This document shows, in pieces, positions 29,156 through 38,105 of a stretch of 64,000 bases of DNA. Location of the stretch: contig SVQE01000002.1 of NCBI GenBank assembly GCA_015065505.1, positions 1,502 to 65,501 of the forward strand, in the 5' to 3' direction. This DNA is from Oscillospiraceae bacterium (lineage in GTDB: Bacteria > Bacillota > Clostridia > Oscillospirales > Acutalibacteraceae). The notes beneath the pieces are model-generated. The model saw nothing but the letters and a program-made list of their open reading frames with translations. It did no database searches and was not told where the DNA came from. Positions within the stretch are counted from its first letter, which is position 1. Each line of letters opens with the position of its first letter. The translations under genes were made by a program, and so were the position numbers.

Positions 29156-29755
29156 ATGATAATTCATATAATTAACGAGCTTTCGTGCAAAAGCATAAGG
29201 CTGACTATGCGCCACGAAAGCTATACGCTCAAAAGAGGCGAGCACCTTGATATTGAAACAGCGGTTAACTATAATCAGATTTATATCAGCGCGTTTGAAA
29301 AAAGCAACCATTATTTCGATTTGCCTGCGCTGCTAACCCTTTCCTTCGGCAGAAAAAGCTCGTGGTGCGAAATCTGCTGCGCGAGCGTTTTAAAATTCAG
29401 AATTATTAACGATAGCTGTTCGGTTACATTAAGGGATAATACTTATCGGTCCGACAGCAGGCATAATTATAAAACGGTTTTATTCAAAACCGAGGGCGTG
29501 CAGATTGTTCAGACTAAATACATATTAACGGGAACGGATAGCGTTAAAAGAAAACACGCATTATATAATATTTTAGTTCCGATGTTAACGCCGCTGCTGA
29601 TTGCAAATATAGTTTTATTTTGCATTTTCAATCATGCCGCCTTGCTTTTAGCCGCGCTTTTCTGCTTCTTTGTTTTCACAGTTCCGGGCCTGGTCGACAT
29701 AGTTAAATTCAATAAAAAATGTGATGATAAGAAAATGCTTAAAGCGCTGCTTTAA
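29156..29755 (+). CDS. Hypothetical protein with two C-terminal TM helices
   Basis: RBS aggagagg; hydrophobic C-terminus. Confidence 0.7.
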   Translation: MIIHIINELSCKSIRLTMRHESYTLKRGEHLDIETAVNYNQIYISAFEKSNHYFDLPALLTLSFGRKSSWCEICCASVLKFRIINDSCSVTLRDNTYRSDSRHNYKTVLFKTEGVQIVQTKYILTGTDSVKRKHALYNILVPMLTPLLIANIVLFCIFNHAALLLAALFCFFVFTVPGLVDIVKFNKKCDDKKMLKALL

Positions 29756-29778
29756 GAAAAACAAAAACGCAAACAGGG

Positions 29779-30849
29779 TTATTCCCCGTTTGCGTTTTTT
29801 ATTGTTCGTTTTTCAAAAAGATTCATAACTGCAATTATAACAAGCAGCATTGCAAACATTATTATTGCAGCTGATGCAATGTCGGTTAAATAATGCGCGC
29901 CCTTAACAATTCTTGTTATTCCCATTATAAAAGTATAGGCAAAGCCCGTGATGAACGCAGGAATAAAATATTTATTCAGCGCCTTGCATTTATAAAACAG
30001 AGCAGGGAAGAGCATTGCAAAAGCGGCTGCCGAGGTATGCCCCGATGGGAAGGAATTCGGCTCGCTGTAAATCCCCATATCATTACCTATATGATACCAT
30101 TTGGTAAACGCCGAAAAATCAGTTGTTTCAATCCATTCTCTCGGTAAATCGTTTGCTAAGTATCTTGCCGACCAGCCGTCTTCATTAATCAGCCCGTTTG
30201 AATATGCAATCATTTCTCTGAAACGGATTCTGTGAAAATACTCTTTAATATCATTAATAACATCACTGCCGTAGTATAAAACCAATCCTGCAACTGCCAT
30301 AAATTCAAGGGCTTTTCTGTATTTTTTGCCGAGCTTTCTGAATAAAACAACAAAGAAAACAATCAGCGCAAGTCTGAGCAGTATCCATAAAATAACCGCA
30401 ATGGGTTTTGCCCAGCCTGCATTAACAAGCAAATCCTGAAGGTTATAGCCGAAAACGCCGCCCATAAATCTGTTAAGCTGGTCGTTGCTGCCCTTGAACG
30501 CCTCGTAGAAAAATACGGCGTACATAATGTGCAGCAGAACAAAGCAGATAAAATGCGTTACTTTGTTATTTTTAAGATATTTAAAGAAGGGGAATATTGA
30601 AATTGCAATATCAAACGCCTCGTCAATCGGATGATATGCAGCAATAAGCATGGACCACGCTATAAGCGGAACAACATACATAACATCCATTCCGCGGTCC
30701 TCCATAAGCGTTGCAAAGCCGTTGGTGTAATTAAACAGCGCCTTGTTTATTTCAAGGTCGTAAAATGTGCCTGCTATCATTAAAACCGCAAAAAAAGCAA
30801 AGTAGAATATTGCACAGCCGATAATCTGTTTTTTCAGCTTTTTATCCAT
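29779..30849 (-). CDS. PAP2 family multi-TM phosphatase
   Basis: K..F.RIRFR, SFPSGHT, RIVKGAHYLTD. Confidence 0.88.
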   Translation of the reverse strand: MDKKLKKQIIGCAIFYFAFFAVLMIAGTFYDLEINKALFNYTNGFATLMEDRGMDVMYVVPLIAWSMLIAAYHPIDEAFDIAISIFPFFKYLKNNKVTHFICFVLLHIMYAVFFYEAFKGSNDQLNRFMGGVFGYNLQDLLVNAGWAKPIAVILWILLRLALIVFFVVLFRKLGKKYRKALEFMAVAGLVLYYGSDVINDIKEYFHRIRFREMIAYSNGLINEDGWSARYLANDLPREWIETTDFSAFTKWYHIGNDMGIYSEPNSFPSGHTSAAAFAMLFPALFYKCKALNKYFIPAFITGFAYTFIMGITRIVKGAHYLTDIASAAIIMFAMLLVIIAVMNLFEKRTIKNANGE

Positions 30850-30850
30850 A

Positions 30851-31435
30851 TCAGATTATTCCTTTCACAAATATTTCAATTCCGATTGCTATGAGAATAA
30901 TTCCGCCGATAATCTCGGCGCGCCTTGAGTATTTGTTTCCGAAGTTTTTGCCGATAATAAGCCCTGCAATGCAGATAATAAAGGTTACTGCAAAAATAAT
31001 TATGCAGGCAATCAGCGCAGAGAGAAAGTCGTATTTCTGAATTGTAAAACCAACCGAAAGCGCGTCAATGGAGGTTGCAATTCCCTGAATAATCAGAGTG
31101 CCTGCGCCGAGCTTTGCTTCCTCTTTTTCGTTTTCATCCTTTTTCAGACTGTCGAAAATCATTTTTCCGCCGATATAGAGCAAAAGTATCAGCGCAATAT
31201 AGGGAACGGCTTTTTCAAAGGCTTTGAAGTAGTTAACAACGGTGTTGACGCAAAGCCATCCGATAAGCGGCATAAGAAACTGAAAACCGCCGAAGGTGCC
31301 TGCAACAATCAGCATTTTTCTTTTCTTCATTTTCGGATTGCTTATTGCATTTGCAACCGAAACAGAAAAGGCGTCCATCGCAAGCCCTGCGCCGAGAAGT
31401 ATTGAATTAATAAAAAACATAAAGTTAAGCTTCAT
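30851..31435 (-). CDS. mntP: Manganese efflux pump MntP family
   Basis: GLAMDAFSVS, FQFLMPLIG, ATSIDALSVG. Confidence 0.9.
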   Translation of the reverse strand: MKLNFMFFINSILLGAGLAMDAFSVSVANAISNPKMKKRKMLIVAGTFGGFQFLMPLIGWLCVNTVVNYFKAFEKAVPYIALILLLYIGGKMIFDSLKKDENEKEEAKLGAGTLIIQGIATSIDALSVGFTIQKYDFLSALIACIIIFAVTFIICIAGLIIGKNFGNKYSRRAEIIGGIILIAIGIEIFVKGII

Positions 31436-31457
31436 AATAAAGTCCTCACTAACGCAT

Positions 31458-31519
31458 ATATTATCATACGGCTTTTTTTATGTCAATTAATTGACAGTTA
31501 TTACTTATTTGGCTATACT
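31458..31519. promoter_or_regulatory. Back-to-back sigma-A promoters sharing the palindrome TGTCAATTAATTGACA
   Basis: Plus strand TTGACA(31491)-17-TATACT; minus strand TTGACA(31486)-17-TAATAT. Confidence 0.7.
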
Positions 31520-31525
31520 TTTAGT

Positions 31526-31903
31526 ATGAAGAATTTAAAGTTGAAAAAAGGGGATATTATAATCGCTGTCTGCGTGCTTGTTGCCGCGGCTTTGATATTC
31601 TGCGCCGTTTATTTCCTCTCGCCCGAGGGAAATACGGTTAAAATCGAGGTTGATTCAAAAACTCTTGCAAGCTTTCCCCTTGATGAAAACAGAACCTATA
31701 ATATTGAAAAAAACGGCAAAACAACGAATACGGTTGTGATTAAGGATAAAAAGGTGAGCGTTTCATCCGCCGATTGCCCCGATAAAATCTGCGTTAAGCA
31801 TAAGGAAATATCAAAAAGCGGCGAAAGCATTATTTGCCTGCCAAACAGGGTTGTTGTCAGCATTGAAAACGAAGAAACAGAAGTGGACGGTGTTGCCCGA
31901 TGA
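31526..31903 (+). CDS. NusG domain II-containing protein
   Basis: KKGDII, TM, ADCPDKICV...IICLPNRVVV. Confidence 0.9.
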   Translation: MKNLKLKKGDIIIAVCVLVAAALIFCAVYFLSPEGNTVKIEVDSKTLASFPLDENRTYNIEKNGKTTNTVVIKDKKVSVSSADCPDKICVKHKEISKSGESIICLPNRVVVSIENEETEVDGVAR

Positions 31904-32400
31904 AGAAAACAAAAAAGGTTGCCGTTTTTGCGCTCTGTGTTGCGCTTGCATTTACACTTTCGTTTCTTGAAACGCTTATCCCGATTAATATCGGAATTCC
32001 GGGCGTTAAAATCGGTCTTGCAAATTTAGTTGTTGTTGCGGCGCTCTATCTGCTTGATAAGAGAGAGGCATTTGCAATTTCAATGATAAGAATATTAATT
32101 TCTGGGCTTGTGTTTACAGGGGCGTTCTCGCTTTTATACAGCTTTACGGGAGGTATTCTTTCATTTATTGTTATGCTTCTTGCAATGAAGAGCGAAAAGC
32201 TTTCAATTTTAGGCGTTTCTATTCTCGGAGCGTCAGTTCACAACATTGGTCAGATTATTATTGCCGCGATTGTTATGCAAACGCCGAGAATAATTTATTA
32301 TTTTCCTGTTCTGCTGATAAGCGGTGTTATTGCAGGAATAATTGTCGGCATAATATCAAAAACAGTTGTTCAAAGACTTATGAAGATTGATAAATCTTAA
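31900..32400 (+). CDS. Gx transporter family protein (heptaprenyl diphosphate synthase component I-like)
   Basis: PGVKIGLANL and HNIGQI. Confidence 0.88.
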   Translation: MKKTKKVAVFALCVALAFTLSFLETLIPINIGIPGVKIGLANLVVVAALYLLDKREAFAISMIRILISGLVFTGAFSLLYSFTGGILSFIVMLLAMKSEKLSILGVSILGASVHNIGQIIIAAIVMQTPRIIYYFPVLLISGVIAGIIVGIISKTVVQRLMKIDKS

Positions 32401-32431
32401 CATTGCCGCATATTATTTAGCGGTGATTAGT

Positions 32432-32677
32432 TTGAAAAGCAAAGATAATTTAATGAATTACGCAGTCTCGCCGCGAATAGAGCTTATCGGGCATTCGCAG
32501 TGCGTTATTGAGGGACTGCAGGGAATAGTGGAGTATAACTGCGATAAAATAAAGGTTAACCTCGGAAAATACAATGCAACATTTTTCGGGGATAACCTTT
32601 TTATTAATGCCTTTTCATATGAAGGAGCGATTATTGAGGGCACAATAGTTTCGCTGGAGTTTGAGGGCAATGGTTAA
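32432..32677 (+). CDS. YabP/YqfC family sporulation protein
   Basis: PRIELIG...IEGLQGIVEY...IEGTI; upstream of yqfD; start codon uncertain. Confidence 0.75.
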   Translation: MKSKDNLMNYAVSPRIELIGHSQCVIEGLQGIVEYNCDKIKVNLGKYNATFFGDNLFINAFSYEGAIIEGTIVSLEFEGNG

Positions 32678-33845
32678 GTTATTCAGGTGGCTTCTGGGAT
32701 ATGTCAGCTTTTGCTTTTCAGGCGGCTTCTGCGACGGCTTTATTAATCAGTGCTTTGAAGAAAAAATCAATATTCAAAAGCTTAAAATAAAAAATGAAGA
32801 ATTAAGCGGCGAGTGCCTTGCGCGTGAATATATCAAGCTGCACGGCATTGCGCGAAAAAACGGCGGCAAAACAAGGGTTATTAAAAAGCACGGCTTTATT
32901 TTTCCGCTTTTAAAGCTTAAAAACAGGTGGGGGCTTTTCGTCGGGGGAATACTGTTTATCTGCATAATCAGTTTTCTTTCGGGCTTCATATGGAATATTG
33001 AAATAATCGGCAACAGCAAAATCAGCGAAAGTGAAATAGTTGAATTTCTTGATAAAAACAATCTCAGAAGGGGAGTGCCCTGGCGAAGCGTTGAAAAGGA
33101 TAAAATTGAAAATCTTATGCTGGCATCTTTTGATGATTGCGCGTGGGTTCAGATTAACGAGCTTAAAACGACTGCAAGAATCGAAATCAATGAAACAATC
33201 AAAAAGCCGCAGATAACGCCTAAAAAAACCGCAAACCTCAAAGCAAAGAAGGACGGTCACATAGTTAAAGCCTCGGTTACAAACGGCTGGCAGGTTGCAA
33301 GGGTTGGCGACAGCGTTACCAAGGGCGATTTGCTTATTTCGGGAATATATGAAAGCGAAAAGAAAAAGGGCAATCAGTTTGCCCACGCAAGCGGCGAATA
33401 TATTGCCGAGGTGAAGGAAAGCTTTTCACTCACCGTTTCAAGAAAGCAGAGCTATAAATCGTATAAGGAAGAAAGAATATTTAAAAGGCTTTGCTTTTTC
33501 GGTATTGAAATACCTCTGTATTTCATTCCCTATGAAACAAAAAACACCGAGCTTGAGGCTGAATGCAGCTATCTTAAACTCGGAGGAAATGAGCTTCCAA
33601 TAGGAATAATAACCATAAACGAAAGGCGCTACACGGTTAAATCAAGGCTTCTTTCAGACAGCGAGCTTCAAAAGCTTGCCGAAAACGAAACAAAAAAGAA
33701 GCTTGAAGAGGAGTTTTCAGATTGTGAAATTAAAAAGAAAAACCTAAAAACCGCAATCAACGCAGATGAAGCAACAATCAGCGGAGAACTCATCTGCCTT
33801 GAGGATATTGGCGAAACGGTTGAAATAAAAATCAGGAAAGAATAA
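32670..33845 (+). CDS. yqfD: Sporulation protein YqfD
   Basis: GYV..., FIWNIEIIGN, AKKDG, V.KGDLLISG, C.EDIG. Confidence 0.85.
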   Translation: MVKLFRWLLGYVSFCFSGGFCDGFINQCFEEKINIQKLKIKNEELSGECLAREYIKLHGIARKNGGKTRVIKKHGFIFPLLKLKNRWGLFVGGILFICIISFLSGFIWNIEIIGNSKISESEIVEFLDKNNLRRGVPWRSVEKDKIENLMLASFDDCAWVQINELKTTARIEINETIKKPQITPKKTANLKAKKDGHIVKASVTNGWQVARVGDSVTKGDLLISGIYESEKKKGNQFAHASGEYIAEVKESFSLTVSRKQSYKSYKEERIFKRLCFFGIEIPLYFIPYETKNTELEAECSYLKLGGNELPIGIITINERRYTVKSRLLSDSELQKLAENETKKKLEEEFSDCEIKKKNLKTAINADEATISGELICLEDIGETVEIKIRKE

Positions 33846-33920
33846 GTTAATATTGATTGTATTTTAAATATATGATAAAATATATTCGATAATTTGCAAA
33901 GCAAAGGAGGCTAAAGCATT

Positions 33921-34985
33921 ATGCAAATGACTTTTCGCTGGTTCGGCACAGAGAAGGATACAATCACTCTCGAACAGATTAAGCAGATTCCCGGCGTAAC
34001 AGGCGTTGTTCCTGCGCTTCACGATTTGCCGGCAGGCGAGGCGTGGACTATGGACAGAGTTCAGGCAATGTACGATGAAATAACTGCCGCAGGACTCACA
34101 ATGGAATGCATTGAAAGCGTTAATGTTCACGAGGATATTAAAATCGGACTTCCAACAAGGGATAAATACATTGAGAATTATAAAACCTCAATCAGAAATC
34201 TCGCAAAGGTGGGCGTTAAGGTTATATGCTATAACTTTATGCCTGTTTTCGACTGGACAAGAACCGATTTATATATGCCCCTCGGCGACGGTTCAACCTG
34301 TTTATGCTACGATGGCAAGCAGGTTGAGGGCAAATCACCCGAGGATATGTTCAGAGAAATAGACGATAACTCAAACGGCTATGCAATGCCCGGTTGGGAA
34401 AGCGAAAGAATGGACGAAATCAAGGAATTATTCGTTAAATTCAAGGATGTAACTGCCGAGGATTTATGGAATAACCTTAAATACTTCCTTGAGGCAATTA
34501 TGCCCGTATGCGAGGAATGCGATGTTAAAATGGCAATTCATCCCGACGATCCGCCGTGGAGCATTTTCGGACTTCCGAGAATTATAACGGGCAAGGACGC
34601 TATTGAAAGACTTTTAACAATGGTTCCGAGCAAATATAACGGCTTAACTCTTTGCACGGGCTCTCTCGGTGCAAGCCCCGATAACGATATGGTTGAAATC
34701 ATAAAGGCTGCAAAGGGCAGAATTTATTTCGCTCATCTCAGAAATGTTCAGCACAACGAGCAGTGGTTCAACGAAACCGCTCACGAAAGTGCAGCAGGCT
34801 CGCTTGATATGTATGAAATCGTTAAGGCGCTTCAAGAAGCAGGCTTCGACGGATATGTTCGTCCCGACCACGGCAGAATGATTTGGGGCGAGGTTGCGCG
34901 TCCCGGCTACGGTCTTTACGACAGAGCACTCGGAGTATGTTATCTTAACGGACTCTGGGAAGCGGTTGAAAAATCCCGTAAATAA
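33921..34985 (+). CDS. uxuA: Mannonate dehydratase
   Basis: MTFRWFG, CYNFMPVFDWTRT, HPDDPP, RPDHGR. Confidence 0.97.
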   Translation: MQMTFRWFGTEKDTITLEQIKQIPGVTGVVPALHDLPAGEAWTMDRVQAMYDEITAAGLTMECIESVNVHEDIKIGLPTRDKYIENYKTSIRNLAKVGVKVICYNFMPVFDWTRTDLYMPLGDGSTCLCYDGKQVEGKSPEDMFREIDDNSNGYAMPGWESERMDEIKELFVKFKDVTAEDLWNNLKYFLEAIMPVCEECDVKMAIHPDDPPWSIFGLPRIITGKDAIERLLTMVPSKYNGLTLCTGSLGASPDNDMVEIIKAAKGRIYFAHLRNVQHNEQWFNETAHESAAGSLDMYEIVKALQEAGFDGYVRPDHGRMIWGEVARPGYGLYDRALGVCYLNGLWEAVEKSRK

Positions 34986-35016
34986 TTACGAATTACGAGT
35001 TACGAATGACGAATTG
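34984..35016. repeat. AATTACG heptamer array (reverse complement of the ATTCGTA arrays)
   Basis: aattacg aattacg agttacg aatgacg aattg between uxuA and uxuB. Confidence 0.85.
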
Positions 35017-35053
35017 AGGGCGGGACACCCGCACCCGATATAAAGGAGATACT

Positions 35054-35902
35054 ATGACACACGAGAATTTAAAAGGCAGAGTTGCCGTTGTTACAGGCGG
35101 CGGCGGAGTCCTTTGCGGAGCATTTGCAAAAACACTTGCAAAGCAGGGCTGCAAGGTTGCCGTTCTTGACTTAAACGAAGAAGCAGCACAGAAATGCGCT
35201 GATGAAATTGTTGCCGACGGCGGATGCGCTATTGCAGTGGGCTGCAATGTTCTTGAGCTTGAATCAATGCAGAAGGCAAGAGAAGTTATAAACGAAAAGC
35301 TCGGCACCTGCGATATTCTTTTAAACGGCGCAGGCGGAAATAACCCCAAGGGAACAACAACAAAGGATACTCTTGAAAAAATAGATCTTGTTCAGAAGGA
35401 TGAAAACATCAAAACCTTCTTTGACCTCGACCCTGCAGGAATCAGTTTTGTTTTCAATCTTAACTTCCTCGGAACTCTTATTCCGACCCAGGTTTTTGCA
35501 AGGGATATGGTTGAAAAGGAAAACGCCTGCATCGTTATGGTAACATCTATGAATGCCTTCAGACCGCTCACAAGAATTCCTGCATATTCTGCAGCAAAGG
35601 CAGCAGTTAAGAACTTCACCGAATGGATGGCAGTTCACTTTGCACCGATGGGAATCAGAGTTAACGCAATCGCTCCCGGTTTCTTCTCAACAAAGCAGAA
35701 TGCCGCTCTTCTCTGGAATCCCGACGGAAGCCCCACGGAGAGAACAAACAAAATTCTTGCAGCAACTCCGATGGACCGCTTCGGCAATCCCGAAGAGCTC
35801 GACGGCACGCTTCTTTTTCTCTGTGACGAAGCTTATTCAGGCTTCATCACCGGCGTAAATATTCCCGTTGACGGCGGATTTAACGCATACAGCGGCGTAT
35901 GA
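35054..35902 (+). CDS. uxuB: SDR-family D-mannonate (fructuronate) oxidoreductase
   Basis: TGGGGVLC, NGAGGN.P, PAYSAAK, DGGFNAYSGV; next to uxuA. Confidence 0.88.
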   Translation: MTHENLKGRVAVVTGGGGVLCGAFAKTLAKQGCKVAVLDLNEEAAQKCADEIVADGGCAIAVGCNVLELESMQKAREVINEKLGTCDILLNGAGGNNPKGTTTKDTLEKIDLVQKDENIKTFFDLDPAGISFVFNLNFLGTLIPTQVFARDMVEKENACIVMVTSMNAFRPLTRIPAYSAAKAAVKNFTEWMAVHFAPMGIRVNAIAPGFFSTKQNAALLWNPDGSPTERTNKILAATPMDRFGNPEELDGTLLFLCDEAYSGFITGVNIPVDGGFNAYSGV

Positions 35903-36126
35903 ATTGCAGCTTTTTCTGTGAGGATAAATGGTATCAGTTAAGCTCGGTAAGCGGTTACAGCGCCGGCAGAGATGATTTTATTGTGCCTTCCGTCACGCTG
36001 ACAAAAATAAATGTTACCGCTGATAATGCAAAGGATATGTATGCTTTTGAACAAATAACAGCATGATAATTATTAAATGGCGTTCTTTTACTAACGCGGC
36101 TGTTTTTGCAAAAACGTTCAATTTGT

Positions 36127-36155
36127 TTGACATACATAATGGCATTTGTTATAAT
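36127..36155 (+). promoter_or_regulatory. Consensus sigma-A promoter
   Basis: TTGACA(36127)-17 bp-TATAAT(36150). Confidence 0.9.
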
Positions 36156-36160
36156 CTTTA

Positions 36161-36267
36161 TATCAGGTACACCTGTTACCATTCCGAACACAGTGTTAAT
36201 GCTTGATAACCTAACAATAAGAGATGCTGTTACATCGACCTGTCACATTGTGGCAGGTCTGTTTTTT
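36161..36267 (+). ncRNA. Leader RNA or sRNA: 5S rRNA-like hairpin followed by an intrinsic terminator (putative attenuator)
   Basis: ggtACACCTGTTaCCATTCCGAACACAGtGTTAA closed by tatcagg/cttgata; terminator gacctgtcac/gtggcaggtc plus T6. Confidence 0.65.
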
Positions 36268-36277
36268 CGGAGGAAAT

Positions 36278-36790
36278 ATGTTTGAATATAAAAAAATTGC
36301 CGTTATAGGATGTAGCGGCGGCGGGAAAACAACTTTTTCAAAAAAGCTTGCAGAAATAACGGGAATCCCGCTTTACCACCTTGATAACATTTACTGGCAG
36401 CCGGATACAAGCCATCTGAAAAGACCCTTTTTCGTAAAAAAGCAAAAGGAAATTATGAAAACCGACAGCTGGATTATCGACGGCAATTACGGCGGAACAA
36501 TGAAATACAGAATAAAGAAATGTGAACTATTATACTTTTTTGATATTCCTACCGAAGTTTGCCTTGAGGGAGTGTTAAAACGCGATAGAAAACGCGATGA
36601 TATTGCCTGTGAGCTTGAGCCAAACGACGAGTAGCTCGATTTCATAAAAGCATATCGGGAGCATTCGCGACCGAAAGTGTTAAAACTGATAGAAAAACAT
36701 CCGGACAAAAAAGTGATAACCTTTAAAAGTCATAAAGAGGTTGATGAATACCTTGAAGGATTAAGGAGCAGCTATGAATATAACATTTAA
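36278..36790 (+). pseudogene. FlaR/topology-modulation-like P-loop kinase interrupted by an in-frame TAG (36632-36634)
   Basis: GCSGGGKTT, LYHLDNIYW, WIIDGNY; the frame continues after TAG (LDFIKAYREHSRPKV...) to TAA at 36788-36790. Confidence 0.8.
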
Positions 36791-37250
36791 AACAGAATCA
36801 GGTGTTTTTAATTACAGAGTATGCGCTATAATAAAGCACAATAACAAACTCCTCGCCATGAAAAACAACAACACCCCGTATTACTTTCTCCCCGGAGGTA
36901 GAGTTAAGTTACACGAGGACGCTGACGCTGCAATTAACAGAGAGCTGAAAGAGGAACTCGGTATTTATGCAAAAAACATAAAACCGCTATGGTTCGTTCA
37001 AAACTTTTTTATCGAGGATGAAATCAAAGAAAAGTTCCATGAGATTTGCTTGTATTATCTTGTTGATGTATCAGATACCGACCTTATAAGTCACAACAGG
37101 ATTATAGGTCTTGAAACAAAAAATAATGAAATATTTGAATGGCTTGAAATAAACACGCTAAAGGAGCAATATCTGTATCCGCTGTTTATAAAAGAAAGAA
37201 TAAATGATTTACCAGAGCAATTTGAAATGCTTACGGAATATGAGTATTAA
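36774..37250 (+). CDS. NUDIX hydrolase
   Basis: FNYRV, LPGGRVKLHEDADAAINRELKEELG. Confidence 0.9.
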   Translation: MNITFKTESGVFNYRVCAIIKHNNKLLAMKNNNTPYYFLPGGRVKLHEDADAAINRELKEELGIYAKNIKPLWFVQNFFIEDEIKEKFHEICLYYLVDVSDTDLISHNRIIGLETKNNEIFEWLEINTLKEQYLYPLFIKERINDLPEQFEMLTEYEY

Positions 37251-37274
37251 ATATATATCAGGGAAACACAAAAA

Positions 37275-37733
37275 ATGATCAAAGACAACAATTTAATGCC
37301 GTTTAAAACCTTTGGAACAAAAGAAAATACTGATTATTACAACCGAGAAGGAGTGTATGTTATTCCAATAAAAAATGACAAAGTGTGTGTTGTTAGAACG
37401 CCGAAAGGTTATTTTCTTATCGGAGGAGGTATAGCTGCGGGTGAAAGCGAAATAGACTGCCTTGAAAGAGAGTGTTTGGAAGAAAGCGGTTGTAAAATTA
37501 AAGTATTTAAAAAGATAGCAATCGCAGAAACATATTGCGAGCACCCTAAAGTAAAACACTTTCATCCAATTCAGCATTATTACAGTGGTGAAATATCTGA
37601 AAAGATACAAGAGCCTATTGAAATTGACCATGAATTAGAGTGGATAGACGTAGATGAAACCAAAGGAAAAATGTTTGCTCCAATGCAGGAATGGGCAATT
37701 CGTATTGCATATAGCCAAACTATTAACAGTTGA
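37275..37733 (+). CDS. NUDIX hydrolase
   Basis: LIGGGIAAGESEIDCLERECLEESG. Confidence 0.88.
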   Translation: MIKDNNLMPFKTFGTKENTDYYNREGVYVIPIKNDKVCVVRTPKGYFLIGGGIAAGESEIDCLERECLEESGCKIKVFKKIAIAETYCEHPKVKHFHPIQHYYSGEISEKIQEPIEIDHELEWIDVDETKGKMFAPMQEWAIRIAYSQTINS

Positions 37734-37764
37734 CAATATCAAAATGTTCGCATATAATATAAAT

Positions 37765-37855
37765 GAACAAGGAGCCATCCGATAGACGGTTAGCCCCGAG
37801 TTAAGACAAAAATAATCGTCCTAAGTTTGCGAAGCTACAGGGCGGTTATTTTTTT
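37765..37855 (+). ncRNA. Putative type I antitoxin RNA
   Basis: Promoter TTGACA(37730)-17-TATAAT(37753); terminator aataatcgtcct...agggcggttatt plus T-tract; antisense to the toxin 3' end. Confidence 0.7.
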
Positions 37856-37914
37856 GACGCAAAAATAATGACTATTATAAGTACAAGTGTAATTATAAGG
37901 TAGTAATATTCCAT
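37846..37914 (-). CDS. Putative type I toxin peptide MEYYYLIITLVLIIVIIFASKK (22 aa)
   Basis: RBS agggggtga; single hydrophobic helix with C-terminal KK; convergent antisense RNA. Confidence 0.75.
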   Translation of the reverse strand: MEYYYLIITLVLIIVIIFASKK

Positions 37915-38070
37915 GTCATCACCCCCTAAATCAGATTTAGAGGGCAATGCCCTCTATGTGAATAAAGGGCTAACCGTCCACCGTTTTTTCGTGATAAACT
38001 CCTTGCCGGAGGTCTTAACCTCCTTGTAAATATTATAATATAATAGCGTGTAAAAGTAAAACGCAAAACA

Positions 38071-38097
38071 AAAAAGACCGAATTTCGGTCTTTTTTG
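38071..38097 (-). terminator. Terminator after eda
   Basis: aaaaagaccgaa-t-ttcggtctttttt. Confidence 0.8.
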
Positions 38098-38105
38098 TTT
38101 TGCAA

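Noticed and set aside
36161-36208. A genuine 5S rRNA gene
   Set aside because: Only about 35 nt match; helices I, IV and V and any rRNA operon context are absent
36632-36634. Pyrrolysine or genome-wide amber recoding
   Set aside because: TAG terminates rnfC, argS and the LCP gene normally, and there are no pyl genes in the window
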